DNA of 61,848 nt, counting the filler, from Kipferlia bialata (Eukaryota): NCBI GenBank assembly GCA_003568945.1. It is 4 parts of 4 records of this genome, joined end to end, with 100 filler letters (N's around TTAATTAATTAA, not from the genome) between each part and the next. Parts side by side here need not be neighbours in the genome. Positions count along the whole stretch, not along the records: positions 1 to 21,859 come from BDIP01000313.1; 3 more parts are not named here. One strand, given 5' to 3'. How positions within the stretch are numbered: the stretch's first letter is position 1; every line of letters begins with the position of its first letter. Of this stretch, positions 1 to 11,848 are shown in pieces. The notes below the pieces were generated by a model. It was not told the DNA's origin and did no database searches. It worked only from the letters and a program-made list of their open reading frames with translations. A program made the position numbers and the translations under genes.

Positions 1-1404
1 CTGGGGGGTCAACTACTACTCAGACATCAGGTGGGAAGGCCTTCATTGTGCATATCCCCCCCCCCCCCTCTCTCTCCCTCACCCCAGGACCCCCGACTCG
101 AGTGAGATCAAGGACATCGTTGAGAGTGGCATGCTGCACAGGCTGATCGACCTGTCATTCCATGAGGACAGGTATGGGTATATATATATATACTACTGAT
201 ACTCTTCCTGACCCCCCAGGCGCATTGCCATCCCCGTGCTGAGGGTCATTGGCAACATCAGTGCCGGGGACAATGCCTTCTCCACCACCCTGGTCAACAG
301 GGGACTGCTGGCACACCTGAGGTCACTCGTTTCTCAGGTATGTCATATTATATACATGGTTACACATTGGGTACACAGTTACACTGTATGGTTTACCCTC
401 TCCCCCCCCCCCCCTGACCCTTAGTCCGATGCCTACATTGTCAAGGAGGCCATCTGGATTGTGTCCAACATCGCAGCCTCATACGACCAGCACAGGCTCA
501 CAATCCTGCAGAACGGTACGTGTATAATACACATATATTATATACGATATGTGTATATATGTATACTGTATGTGTATCTGCATGTCTACATCCTCCTCAC
601 CCCCCAGGCCTTCTGGATGACATCATGCGTAAAGTATATAATGTGTGAATATCTATATATTTGTATATCTGTTTATGTTTATGTATACGGTGTGTGTATG
701 TGGACTGTCTGTATATCTGTATGACTACATCCCCCTCACCCCTTAGGCCTATTGGATGACATCATGCGCAACCTGAGGGTGTCCAAGGATGCAGCAGTGG
801 TCAAGGTATGGCAGGCCATATCTGTGCATATGTGTATATATATATCAAATCGAGACTCTATACAGTACGGTATACTCCTTCTCACTATTAGGAGTGCACC
901 TGGGCCCTCCTCAACATGTGCACCTCGAGTGACCAGACCATCCTGCAGGGGGTGGTGACAGACGCCAACACTAAGTCCCTCATTGCAGCCATATGCAGGC
1001 TCAACCAAGTCAGGTGAGTGTAGTATATATATATGGTTAGTACATACACTCTACATTCTTCACTCTCTCCCCCCCTCTCACCCCAGGGACGAGAAGACCC
1101 TCTACACCTGCATTGAGGTGCTGGAGCACTTCCTGGAGCAGGGGGAGAGCCTGGGACTCGACGAGAACCCAGTTGTCAACATCCTAGAGGTATCTATAAA
1201 TACAATACCCATCTCCTACCCCATACTGTCTTCTCTCTTCTGTATCTTGTGTGTGTCTCTCTCACCCCCCAGGAGGACAACAACGGCGCTGGCCTGGACC
1301 GCCTTGAGGAGCTGCAGTCTGCCCCCTCTGAGGGCATCTACACCCTTGTGTCCCACATCATCCAGTACTACTTTGGGGAGGAGGACGAGGAGTACACAGA
1401 GTAG
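1..1404 (+). CDS. KPNA: Importin-alpha (karyopherin alpha), 3' portion, multi-exon, 5' end outside window
   Basis: Joined GT-AG exons give ARM-repeat text: IAIPVLRVIGNISAGD, IVKEAIWIVSNIAAS, ECTWALLNMC. It ends with the importin-alpha C-terminus GLDRLEELQSAPSEGIYTLVSHIIQYYFGEEDEEYTE*, TAG at 1402-1404. Confidence 0.9.
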
Positions 1405-1874
1405 GGGGAGAGAGAAGTCTTCTGCTCCTCCTGACTCTTAGAAGGGGGAGAGTGGAGGGGATGATGGAGTGGTTGTTGTAATTCCTAGAGACGCTGGTTG
1501 TCACCTCATATATATATATACGTATATGCCCCTGGTATCCAAGGGTGAGTGGGTATGGTACTCAGTAACACGTTTGGAACGTGGTACAGTACAAATAGAT
1601 GATCAGATTTATTCAGTGATGATGAGCATGGAGTGTAGGTGTGCTATGCCTATGATAGCATTGCATGTGACATCATTCATCCGGCATCAGCTGATCCACC
1701 CACCCGGTAGACGCGGGTGTAACTGTGCTTCATATGTGCTCCATGGGGGACTCTGTTTAGTTGTAGACTCTGTATACAAGTGGATGAATCGCGTACATTG
1801 CGGAAGCGGTTCAACGTTGTGGTGCAGTTCGATTTGGTCTCTGCTTCTTCCTTCTCTCCAAGTGTTCTCTGTGT

Positions 1875-2284
1875 ATGTCGAGTGCACCTGTGGCCACTGT
1901 GCCAGGGGATGGGACTGATGATACACCTCTGACCGAGGCAGGGTGTGCACAGGGACAGCCCATACCCCGGTGGCTCATCATGGGTCTCTATGCCATCTTG
2001 GCCGTGATGACACTGGTGTTCCAGTTCACAGGTGGGTGGGTATATGTGTATGATGCTAGTGGGGTATGTAAGAGTGTATGTATACATGGGGGCTATAGTG
2101 GAAAGGGAGTGGTTCGGTATTGTGTTTTAGCGTGGATCAATCCGGTAACCGTATTCCCTCATCCTCTCATTTCAATATTACACTGTGTATCAGTACTATG
2201 CTCCAACTCATCAATGCTGATAAGCCCGCCTCTCTGTGCTGCTCTGTTTAAAGATGCAATTCAGTGTAACATCTACTCATCACT

Positions 2285-2327
<43 letters not shown>

Positions 2328-2700
2328 CCCCCCCCCCTTCCCCCCCCCCCCCCCCCCCCTCCAACCCGCCCCTTCTCTCTGTCTCTCTGTCTCTCCCTCA
2401 CACCCCAGGTTGAGTACTCCCCCCCCTCTCTCTCTCTGTCCTTGACCCCAGGTTGAGTACTCCCTGCTCAATGTGGGACATATTGTGGAGAGACAGGTAC
2501 AAATGAATATATTGGTAACTATATGTACATACATGACCACATGTATAGATGCCCCATCTCACCCACCAGAGTACCTGTGTCTACACTGGCAGGTTTGTGT
2601 CAGTACTGGTTCCGTAGTGATATGTAGACAATAACTTCTCACCCCCAGAGTACCTGTGTCTACACTGGGCCCCTTGGCAAGGACCGAGTATCCCCTGCTG
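1875..2700 (+). CDS. Small putative single-pass membrane protein, multi-exon; 3' end uncertain
   Basis: ATG at 1875 opens MSSAPVATVP...RWLIMGLYAILAVMTLVFQFTG, followed by a GT donor. Downstream CCCCAG acceptors lie near 2451 and 2648. Confidence 0.35.
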
Positions 2701-2859
2701 ACACGCTCAGACCAGGCACTCTCTTTCTATCTTTCTCTCTCTCACTCTCTCACACACACACACACTCCAGAGCTGTCAGATTAGTCTGATATTCAATCCC
2801 TATTCTCTGAATCACCTCCTTTTTCTCCCATACATGAATATGCATATATGATAGCTTAC

Positions 2860-5167
2860 ACCAGGAGACAAGCGCTCCCACCTGTTGCTAGGGCAGAACA
2901 CACACGACGAAGTTAGGTGCCTGTAACTGTAGTAATAGATAACCCTCCCCCCCCAAAGTGTCTGGTGTTCTAATCTCTTTTGCTGACTCCTAGGACCCAC
3001 TGTGTGCCAGTGACCCAGGACCCTCAGACAAAGGTGTGTTTCATTGTATACACAATCAGTACCCCCCCCCCCAATCATTATTTCTTCCATAGCACTGGCT
3101 GTGTCTTCCTCACTTACCCACAGGAGTACACCTATGAGCCTCTGGACTACATATATCTTCTCTCTATATGTATGCTTGCTCACCTGAGTCTGGCACTCTA
3201 CTGATACACAGCAGTACACCTCTGAGTCTCTGATATATGCACAATATGTATGTATGTAAGGACGTATATATGTATGTGTGCAAATATTTATACAAATACA
3301 CAGGAGTACATATATGCACAATATGTATGTATGTAAGGACGTATATAGGAATGTGTGCAAATATCTCTACAAATACACAGGAGTACACCTCTGAGCCTCT
3401 GGACTGCCCCATCCCACAGGACATAAGGGGGATAACAGGCACTAGGTACACGGAACAAGAACATGTACATGTGCATATATACAGTATCTCCAATGTATTT
3501 GAAGTAGTGAATAGGTACCTCTGATTTGCATGAGGTGTAACACATGCACAATGAAAAAGTACTCTTCCTACACATCTATGTATGCGTTCAGTATTATAGT
3601 ACTTGGATTTTGATCTTAATAATGCTTACCACTAACCGGTCAGAATAGGTGACCGTGTCTACTACTTTGGGGGCATGACCCATACACACCATGGGTCAGA
3701 TGAACACAGAGACACGTTCCACAGCTACGACATCAACACGCGGGTGTGTGGTGCTCTAGTCACATCCTATAGAGTTAGAGTTGTTAATCAGTGTTGGGTG
3801 ATTCTCACCCCTAGGAGTGGCATCAGATTGAGCAGCCCACAGATGAAGACATGGAGAGAGAGGGACAGAGAGAGAGACACGAGCAGGCTGACCGAGACGC
3901 CATAGGTTCCGTATATGCACATATATATACATATATACCATACCATATTGTGTATGTCTATCCGATGTGTTGTTTGCCTTATGAGTACTTGATTAACACG
4001 AAGGTGGTGTGTACTTCTTCCCAGAGAGTGAGGACATGATAGACAGGGAGAGGGAGTGTGAGACAGGAGGTGAGGTCTGGGCCCCCACTGTCCAGTGGCC
4101 AATGGGACGCAGTGCCTTAACGTCATTCACACTGGGAGGTACAAGGTGTCATATCGATAATGAATACATGTGTTTCATAATAGACACTGTCTATGTTCAG
4201 TCACCTTGTATTTCACATTGGCTGCACTGCCACATAACACTGAAATGTCCCTTCCCCTTCCATCGAGATTCTTCGTACTGCCATTATCGGTGTATATTGA
4301 TTGGTCTAACAACTAGGGTGTTTCTATCTTGTGGGTGGGTACAACAACAGTCTGGCAGATGCCACCCTGAGTGACTGCTGGAAGTGGGACCCAAGGACTA
4401 GGGTGGGAGCATACACCTCAATTGAAACTATAGCCATTCGCAGTATTGTGTAGTTATTGTATATATACTTAATATATTGAATATTGATAATATCCTATAT
4501 TACTCCAGCTGTGGGAGAGGATGCCGGACTGTCCGGTTGGGTTCCACTCTGCCTCTTCCTGCACAGTCGGTGACACAGTGCACATAATAGGTATGATAGT
4601 AACTACACGTGTTGGCATAATTGCAGCATTATCATGCATGTCATTCTTAAGACTCTGCCCCATGCTGCACAGTGAGTGCACCGTATATCTCATAGGTAGT
4701 CTAGGTGTTAGTGAATATGTGTGTAGTGATGTATGCGAAGTACTTGTACTACTGCTGTGGTACCAATTTCAGGAGGCCTTCCCTCCTTGGACATGCATCT
4801 GTGCTACAGTGTCAGACTGGGCTGGGTGGAGATGCCACCATTGCCATTTACGGTACTTATGTGATATATATTGCGAGCAGTATGGCATACTATTCAATAT
4901 ACACAAACACATATACATGTATGTCTGTGGGTATATGTACCAGGTAGAGGTGTCTCCTTGTCCTTATCTCTTAGGTCTCTGCTCCTACCGTTGCCGCTAG
5001 CCGCACAGACATACACGTCATGGCAGAGTACGATATTTGAATACTCCTTTACTCCTTCTCTCTGTTGGTATATATGTGTGTATGTCCATGTAGGGCCCCA
5101 CCACAGCTCCCAGTCCTGTCACACCTATGACACACTCACTGGCACATGGAGAGTCAGCGACAAGTAA
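2860..5167 (+). CDS. Kelch-type beta-propeller protein, multi-exon; start approximate
   Basis: Exons encode kelch motifs: IGDRVYYFGG...FHSYDINT, FLVGGYNN...SDCWKWDP, WERMPDCPVGFHSASSCTVGDTVHIIG, HTYDTLTGTWRVSDK*. Confidence 0.65.
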
Positions 5168-5843
5168 CCAGTGAGACTTCACGTGTGTGTGCATCTGTAA
5201 TAGTGATGAATATCACAGAGTATTTCCCATATGCATGTCACCTCCCAAACAGTGTACAAATTGTCAGTGTATATATCAGGAAATATATAGTTCTCTAATC
5301 AGACATCGGTATACTATACCTATCCATCGGGTTTTGAGGCCTCATGAGACCACGTAGCGTTACTCACGTTAGTGATTGGAGAGCCAGTGACTAAGGATGT
5401 TAAAGAGGCTCCAAAAACCAGCTGTCTAGATGGATTCATCCCATTATCACCAGGTTGAAGCATGTGTCTCACTCTAAGACGGTCCTACAGTGAGACGACG
5501 CGTATGATGGTCTACAAGTTGTAGACTACAACGCTTTTAGTACAACCCCATCCCCTTGTGACTGAAGGCTCAGTCTACAATGAAGCATCAAGCAAGGGTC
5601 ACCAACACAGTTGCTGATCACAGATATAGAAGTAATATCAGTCGTTCGGCAATATATGCTTTAGTCAATGATTCTATGTTGTGGGTTGTGAATCCGACAC
5701 CATCTGAGGGTATCATTTTGCGAATGACGCTTTCACTTGACAGTATATATCTAGAGCACTGAGGGTATATCAGCTCTCACACATGGGTAGCTGCGAACCC
5801 TTCGCCGTTCTACAACAGCTGTACAAACCAAGCAGCTACACAC

Positions 5844-6824
5844 ATGCAAGGAGCTTTCTCAACCAACCCTATTCCGCTGCCACCTCACAAGGATCATTCA
5901 ATGATACCACACGGGGTCCCAGGTCCAGCACCCAACCAGCTCACATGCATGAGACTCCCTCACTCCTTTATTATTCTGTCAGTTGTCCACGTCAACGAGG
6001 ACACACCGGGTATTCAGAGTGAGACAGTTTCAGTAAGATCGTCTGCCCCCAACGGCTGGGTCAACTTTGGTTTAGAAATCAGGCACTGTGTGGTGGACGG
6101 CGTACTCTACTATGTAGTCGAAAAGTCAGGGAACGAACACCGCGTTACGTTTACAATCCATGCAGTGTCACTAGACACGTATACCGTCTCTCAGCTTCCA
6201 CAGCCCCCTGGACACACCAGTAACCGGATGCCTCCCTCTCATTGCCCTATGATAGAGAGCATGTTCGGGCTTGACCATCACATAGTAGTTGTGCAGTGCG
6301 TAAGTGGAGTCTCTAGGGGATTGCAAACACTTGTGTACTCGCCAGAAGATCGAAGTTGGAGGAATATGGGATGCAAGAACTCATTCTCAAGGTGTACCTT
6401 CGTTGGAACGTGTTGTGGGTGTGCCTATGCTCTCATATACAGCTCTGATGACCATGAATACCAGATACGGTCCTTTGACTTGTCTCTAGGATGGCGAGCG
6501 TTAGGAAAGCCACTGCCTCAAGGCCACACGGTCGTAAGTACTTGTAGGTTTTGTATAGCTGAATCCTACTTAGTCTTCCCAGTGACAGATTGTCATAGGG
6601 ATGACCATATTCTGGCATTCGATACAGTGTCTGGTGAATGGAGTAACTGGGGTGAATCCTACCAGCCACACCAGTTCGATGAATGGGGAGTGTTCACACC
6701 CTCTAATGTCTTGTGTGGCACCTCCTTACACAATGACTCTACTGTGCTCTATGATATTGATCCAGCCGATGTAAACCCACACTGGGCACTAAGGTGGGGT
6801 GATGGCGGAGATGTTATACACTAG
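5844..6824 (+). CDS. Intronless divergent kelch-like beta-propeller protein (326 aa)
   Basis: Long uninterrupted ORF with blade-end motifs LVYSPEDRSWR, RSFDLSLGWR and LAFDTVSGEWSNWG. Confidence 0.65.
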   Translation: MQGAFSTNPIPLPPHKDHSMIPHGVPGPAPNQLTCMRLPHSFIILSVVHVNEDTPGIQSETVSVRSSAPNGWVNFGLEIRHCVVDGVLYYVVEKSGNEHRVTFTIHAVSLDTYTVSQLPQPPGHTSNRMPPSHCPMIESMFGLDHHIVVVQCVSGVSRGLQTLVYSPEDRSWRNMGCKNSFSRCTFVGTCCGCAYALIYSSDDHEYQIRSFDLSLGWRALGKPLPQGHTVVSTCRFCIAESYLVFPVTDCHRDDHILAFDTVSGEWSNWGESYQPHQFDEWGVFTPSNVLCGTSLHNDSTVLYDIDPADVNPHWALRWGDGGDVIH

Positions 6825-7470
6825 CGGTTTGATGGGAGGAATAGAATAGTACACCATGTGACACCATAATAGCTATCTTTCTTAGTACAAATGAGTCATT
6901 TGAAATTACGGACACTCTATTCAAATTTATTACAGTCTGTGGACACTCTTATCACTCTGAAGTCTATTTTTGACTCTAAAGTAGGATTAACAACTGTTCT
7001 TAGGTAGACTGGTCATATTACTTAACTGATAGTAGTTCTCTGTGTATTCTAGTGAGTGTTGCCGAAGTAATTGTAGTGCCTAGAGTGCTACACCCTATAT
7101 ACATTGTATCATGGACAATCTGGGCATAGAAGACTGTGGCCGGAGCCTCCAACTCGCGGGTACAATTTCTATGGTATATAGTACACAGTATACCATAATG
7201 TGTGGAAGCTATACAGCTGACTGTATGGTCTACAGATCCCGTCATTCAAGCCATTGTAGACTCCACAGTGACTTGAGAGTATCAACAGTTGCCACTGTTT
7301 ACACTGCCATTCTATAAGGCTCTCATACGATGGATTCGACTGGTTCTCCACGCTGTTTCTATCCACATTCCCTTTGAACCCACAAAGAGTGACATCCAGA
7401 ACTAGTCAAGTGAGTCACTTGACTCAAGTGACTTGAAACATCTCCTTGACTTGACCCATCTCCTTGGAGA

Positions 7471-8418
7471 ATGGCACGTAGGGCATGGTATGATCGCTGC
7501 ACATTAGCACTCCCAGAGATCACAGATGAAGCCAGAGAGAGATCATGCCCTCAGATGGTATCCTTGGGACACAACAGGGTCCTCCTGACGTATGTAGATG
7601 GATACCTGGACGCCAAGTGGTCAGTGCTCACTCTCAATGACAATGACTCTGTGACGGAGAGTGCTCTTTTAGTACCTCATGCCCTTGCATTATGTACTGA
7701 TCCTGTGATTGTCAGAATCAGTAACGCAGTTATCGCGTACAGCTCTATAGGGGGGGAGTCAGTAATGTACCAGTTCAGCTTAGAGACTGAGGAGTGGGAG
7801 CAACTGGAGTTCAGTGGAGCTTCGCCTCCAAGATGCTTCCCTATGTTGCTGCCAATGTCTGGGTCTCATGTTGAACTAATATTGACTGGTGGGTGGGACG
7901 CGGTTACCAGAGAAGGGGCTTCTGACGCTGTTCTCTTAGATATTGGTAGGAGGACGTGCTCTCTACTTGGAGACTTTCCCAGGACGTTAAGCTCTTCCGA
8001 CGAGACTTTTGTAGCGTACAGTGACACGTGTCTAATCCCGCCATATTGGTCTACATTAGGTCCGGGTCTCAGTGTTTCACTCTCTTCAGCTGGCGTAGAG
8101 ATATCGGAAGAGGGCTGGTTGTATTGTTCCTTGGGGAAGGAAATACTTGGATACACCACTGCGTGTGACGGCGAAGACTATAGGCGCCTCTTTTTCACTG
8201 TTTCGGATAACAGTGGTATGCTGTCAGTTGGTATCTATGACATAGTGTCCAATGACCTGATCCCTTGTGAGCCTCTTCCCCTGACCTGTACAGGGGATCC
8301 AAACGTGGCAGCTGCAATGTTCAATCCCACCACTGTCATTGTGGTTGGTAGGACTCAGACACTGCTTGTTGAGCTGCTACCGGGGGTAATGGGGCCAGAC
8401 TATTACGCAGACATCTAA
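7471..8418 (+). CDS. Intronless divergent kelch-like beta-propeller protein (315 aa)
   Basis: Long ORF with YQFSLETEEWEQL...SPPR, LILTGGWD and GIYDIVSND motifs. Confidence 0.65.
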   Translation: MARRAWYDRCTLALPEITDEARERSCPQMVSLGHNRVLLTYVDGYLDAKWSVLTLNDNDSVTESALLVPHALALCTDPVIVRISNAVIAYSSIGGESVMYQFSLETEEWEQLEFSGASPPRCFPMLLPMSGSHVELILTGGWDAVTREGASDAVLLDIGRRTCSLLGDFPRTLSSSDETFVAYSDTCLIPPYWSTLGPGLSVSLSSAGVEISEEGWLYCSLGKEILGYTTACDGEDYRRLFFTVSDNSGMLSVGIYDIVSNDLIPCEPLPLTCTGDPNVAAAMFNPTTVIVVGRTQTLLVELLPGVMGPDYYADI

Positions 8419-8889
8419 GAGTGTGAGAGTATATGAGTATAGGGTAGCAAGGAATATATATAGACGTAATTGAGGTTCTCTGATATTAATAGACTGAGGT
8501 ACAACCCCTCAGTCCTCGAAGAGTTCTACGGTAGACATTCTAACGCTGCAGCAGTGTGCCGATTCCTCCTTCCCTCAAGTTGGTTTCCCAAGTGGTGATG
8601 GCCTAGCACTACTAGATGTGTGAGCATATGTGTGGACATCAGCTTATGTGCAGGACCTCTCTAATATAGAAACTGTACAGTAAATGTTGTGTATATAGTT
8701 ATAGGGTCAACATCATATGGATGCTGTCTTGGTACTGCACAGGGACATCAGCAGGTATGTAATATGAATATATGAACATATAGCATACTATTCAAGCATA
8801 TGATCTCTCAATACGTTCTCTATCCAAGGTCCATCCACTACACAAACACACCTCACTAATCTATATTCCTCAACAGAGAGAGTGCGTGT

Positions 8890-10733
8890 TTATGGCCCAG
8901 ACAGTCTGGACGCAACGTGCGGCACGTACGGTGCCACTGTCTCTTCTCTCTCGACAATAGCAGCCAAGAGGTCGAGGGCATAGTAACCCAATTTGGCACC
9001 CATGTGTGGAAGTGCAGCATCTAGTGTAACACTAGAATGACAACACTAGACTAATGTTGTCAACATGCAGTCATGACACACAATGTACACTCATAAGGAG
9101 TCTCTCAACCACATCATGAAACGACACCAATAATCGACTCTATGCTGAACATCCCGTTCAATATGTGGGTTAGATATGTAATTACTCCCTGCAAAAGTCC
9201 TCTGGCCCGAGCACACCTCCGTTCTCATGAAGCTGAACGAGGTTGACTGTCAGACGGTACCATGACCCACTGGAGTTAGGAATAGTGTCAACAGGTAACC
9301 GTATGTATATATATATACAAGTCCCACAGAGACATTGAGATGAAAGAGGCAATTATGGAAGTACATTGGAAACCAAACCCCTATATAGTGATCATCACCT
9401 GCCCAGACGGACTACAAACGAGTCCTGGTCAAGCCGTGTGATCATCTCAAAACGGAAACTCGTGACGCAGCACATTGTCCAGTTTCCACTAACTGCATCC
9501 ACTGCATATATGGTGCACCAGTCATCCTCTTCACACGCATCATCCGTACTGCCATCGACAAATACCAATGTGCAGTGAGAACTAACCTGGATGGCGGAGA
9601 ATACAAAGAGAGTTGCAGGAACATAGCAGCTGACTGGCACCGAGGTCCACCCGATGCTTGCTGGGGTGAACACGTGGTACTTCAGGGGCCAGATGCCGTC
9701 CCCGTCCAGGTCTAAGATACTAGCAGTCCAAACACTGGATCCAACAGGAAAGAGAGAGATTGTGTGGCAGCTTGGATCTAGGGTGAGACCACCCAAATTT
9801 CAATAGTATAGTTCACAGCTTGCTATATATACCTTCGAGGTTCCCGAGATCCCCAGGCCATCTCGTGTAAGATGTCCACCGTCCAGTCTGGTATCAATAA
9901 TGCTGTGAGTGTATGTGGCTAGTGGTGTGTCGACACATGTGTATATACATGTTATCTTGTCCACCTGAGGGTCATACAACCAGGTGCAGCCATTGGTGCA
10001 CAAAAGGAACAGCTTGTCACCAAGAGGGAAGAATGCCTAAGGGTAAGAACACTGTTAAAAATTGACTATACCTGGCAAATGGCACTTGGACAGAATAGTT
10101 ATGAATCCGGTTACTAAAATGCACCTACCACAGCTGCATCCTTTGGGCCAGTATAGATACCCGGTTTGGCTGGGAGGAAGGTCTGCTCTCCTGGGTGTCA
10201 GTCTTGGTGTCCACCTACGTGGTCATAATGGTATCGATACTACTCCACGAATTGAAGAATAACAAGGTTAGAATTGCCCTCAGCAGAAAATCAGTCTTGC
10301 CTGCGCCGTGCAGGTTCAGAACATGGAGACCATAGAGGCGCCTACTGGTTGCACGGCGGTGTCCTTTTCCGTACATGTACAGCTTACCGCCGAGAACCGC
10401 AGGGAAATTGGACTTGGTACGTGGATCCAGCGGAAGAGGCTGTTCCCCAAGGACACAGAGACGAGTCTCAGTGTGTGCTGCCCGCTGTCTCTTCCGGATA
10501 TCGTGGTGGTACACGGACTCCGTTCCAACACTGTATGGACCCCTTAACATAGGTACCCCTAAGTGGCTTGATATGAACAGGTTGTTGCCCAGTGGTGAGA
10601 GACCATGGGGATCCCCTTGGAACGCATAGGTGTGGAGTGGCTCAAGACAAAGAAAGGGGCACTGGTTGTTGAGGAGGCCTTCCTCGGTGAGAGTCTGCAT
10701 CTGCGCTAGGTCTGAAAGTGAGTGGATCCCCAT
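8890..10733 (-). CDS. Divergent kelch-like gene, intron-split or decayed
   Basis: Minus-strand fragments LPLDPRTKSNFPAVLGGKLYMYG, TWLYDPQVDK, HVFTPASIGWTSVP and IYAVDAVSGNWT. I could not reconstruct a continuous frame. Confidence 0.4.
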
Positions 10734-11848
10734 GTGTATAGCATTGTGCAGGTGTAGTGTATACCTACGTTGGTTCAGAGGCGGCTCTCAACAGTGCACA
10801 GCTGTTCTACAGCTATGTGTCAACAGTGGTAACGCTGCCTGTCAACAGTGACAGACACACTGTATAACAGGGCCACACTGTCTGAGTGTCAGATAGGCAT
10901 TTGATTGAGTGTGGATTCACATAGTTCCTAGGGAGAAGCAAGTTAACAAATACTGTGTCCGTTCCAATATGGACCATACATCGCATACGGTGAGGAATAC
11001 TATTCGAATAACCGACATGTAGATGCGATAGACATCAACAATACATAACCACGGCTATCAAACCCATGTATGTACTCAACAGTCATCCAACCTCCTGTTT
11101 GGTCTGCTTCCGCTGTGCTCTTAAAGAGAGATAGGAGGACTGAACCCAGTTTTACAGCACTGATATACTGTAGAATAGTATGCAATGATGGCCTCGCTAT
11201 TACATATGTACCTCTCATGATACCCTGTGTTCCTGGGGTGATACCCTATTGAGAAGGTCATACAAGATTCACGCAACCTGCTACAACGTAAGGCCCACCC
11301 ATTCTTACCCTTGTGGGGTCAGACTTCAAGCGCAGTAACATCAACAATTTAGGTTCTTACATATGAAGGAGCGTGTAAGATGTCTACAGATTGGGATGAT
11401 CCCGGCACTATATGTTCTCACTCCTCTGCACAGTGTGGGTGGGATAAACACAAAGATCAGCCTCATTTTTCGGTGTGTTCGTTGCTCAATAGTGTAGTAG
11501 GTGGACCGAGAGAATTGAAGTAAATTTGGAGTTGTTGGTAGCTAGGGGGTCGGATACACCAGTTATGTCGCTTCGGTGTAGTACTGAGACACTACGGCTA
11601 CGAGCTCCCAGAGTAGTGTGCGGATTCGATCCTCACTCAAGTTGCTTGCCCAACTAGTGATAGCGTAGCACTGCTTGATGTGTGAGCGCCTGTCTGTACA
11701 TCAGCTGTAGTCTATACTGTAGACTTCACCGGCAAACAGAAACACTGTTACAGTATATTGGTGTCAACTCTTAGAATGAGAGAGAGTTATATGGTATCTA
11801 GAAGAGTGTCAATCTGCTGACTAGGACGTGCTCCTTTACCTCACCCAA

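Noticed and set aside
2288..2360. Poly-Pro/poly-Gly ORFs (also 24780-24870, 35660-35685)
   Set aside because: These are translations of intronic poly-C/G tracts, whose lengths are also unreliable.
11565..11640. Possible tRNA gene
   Set aside because: A B-box-like motif is present, but I could not fold a convincing cloverleaf.
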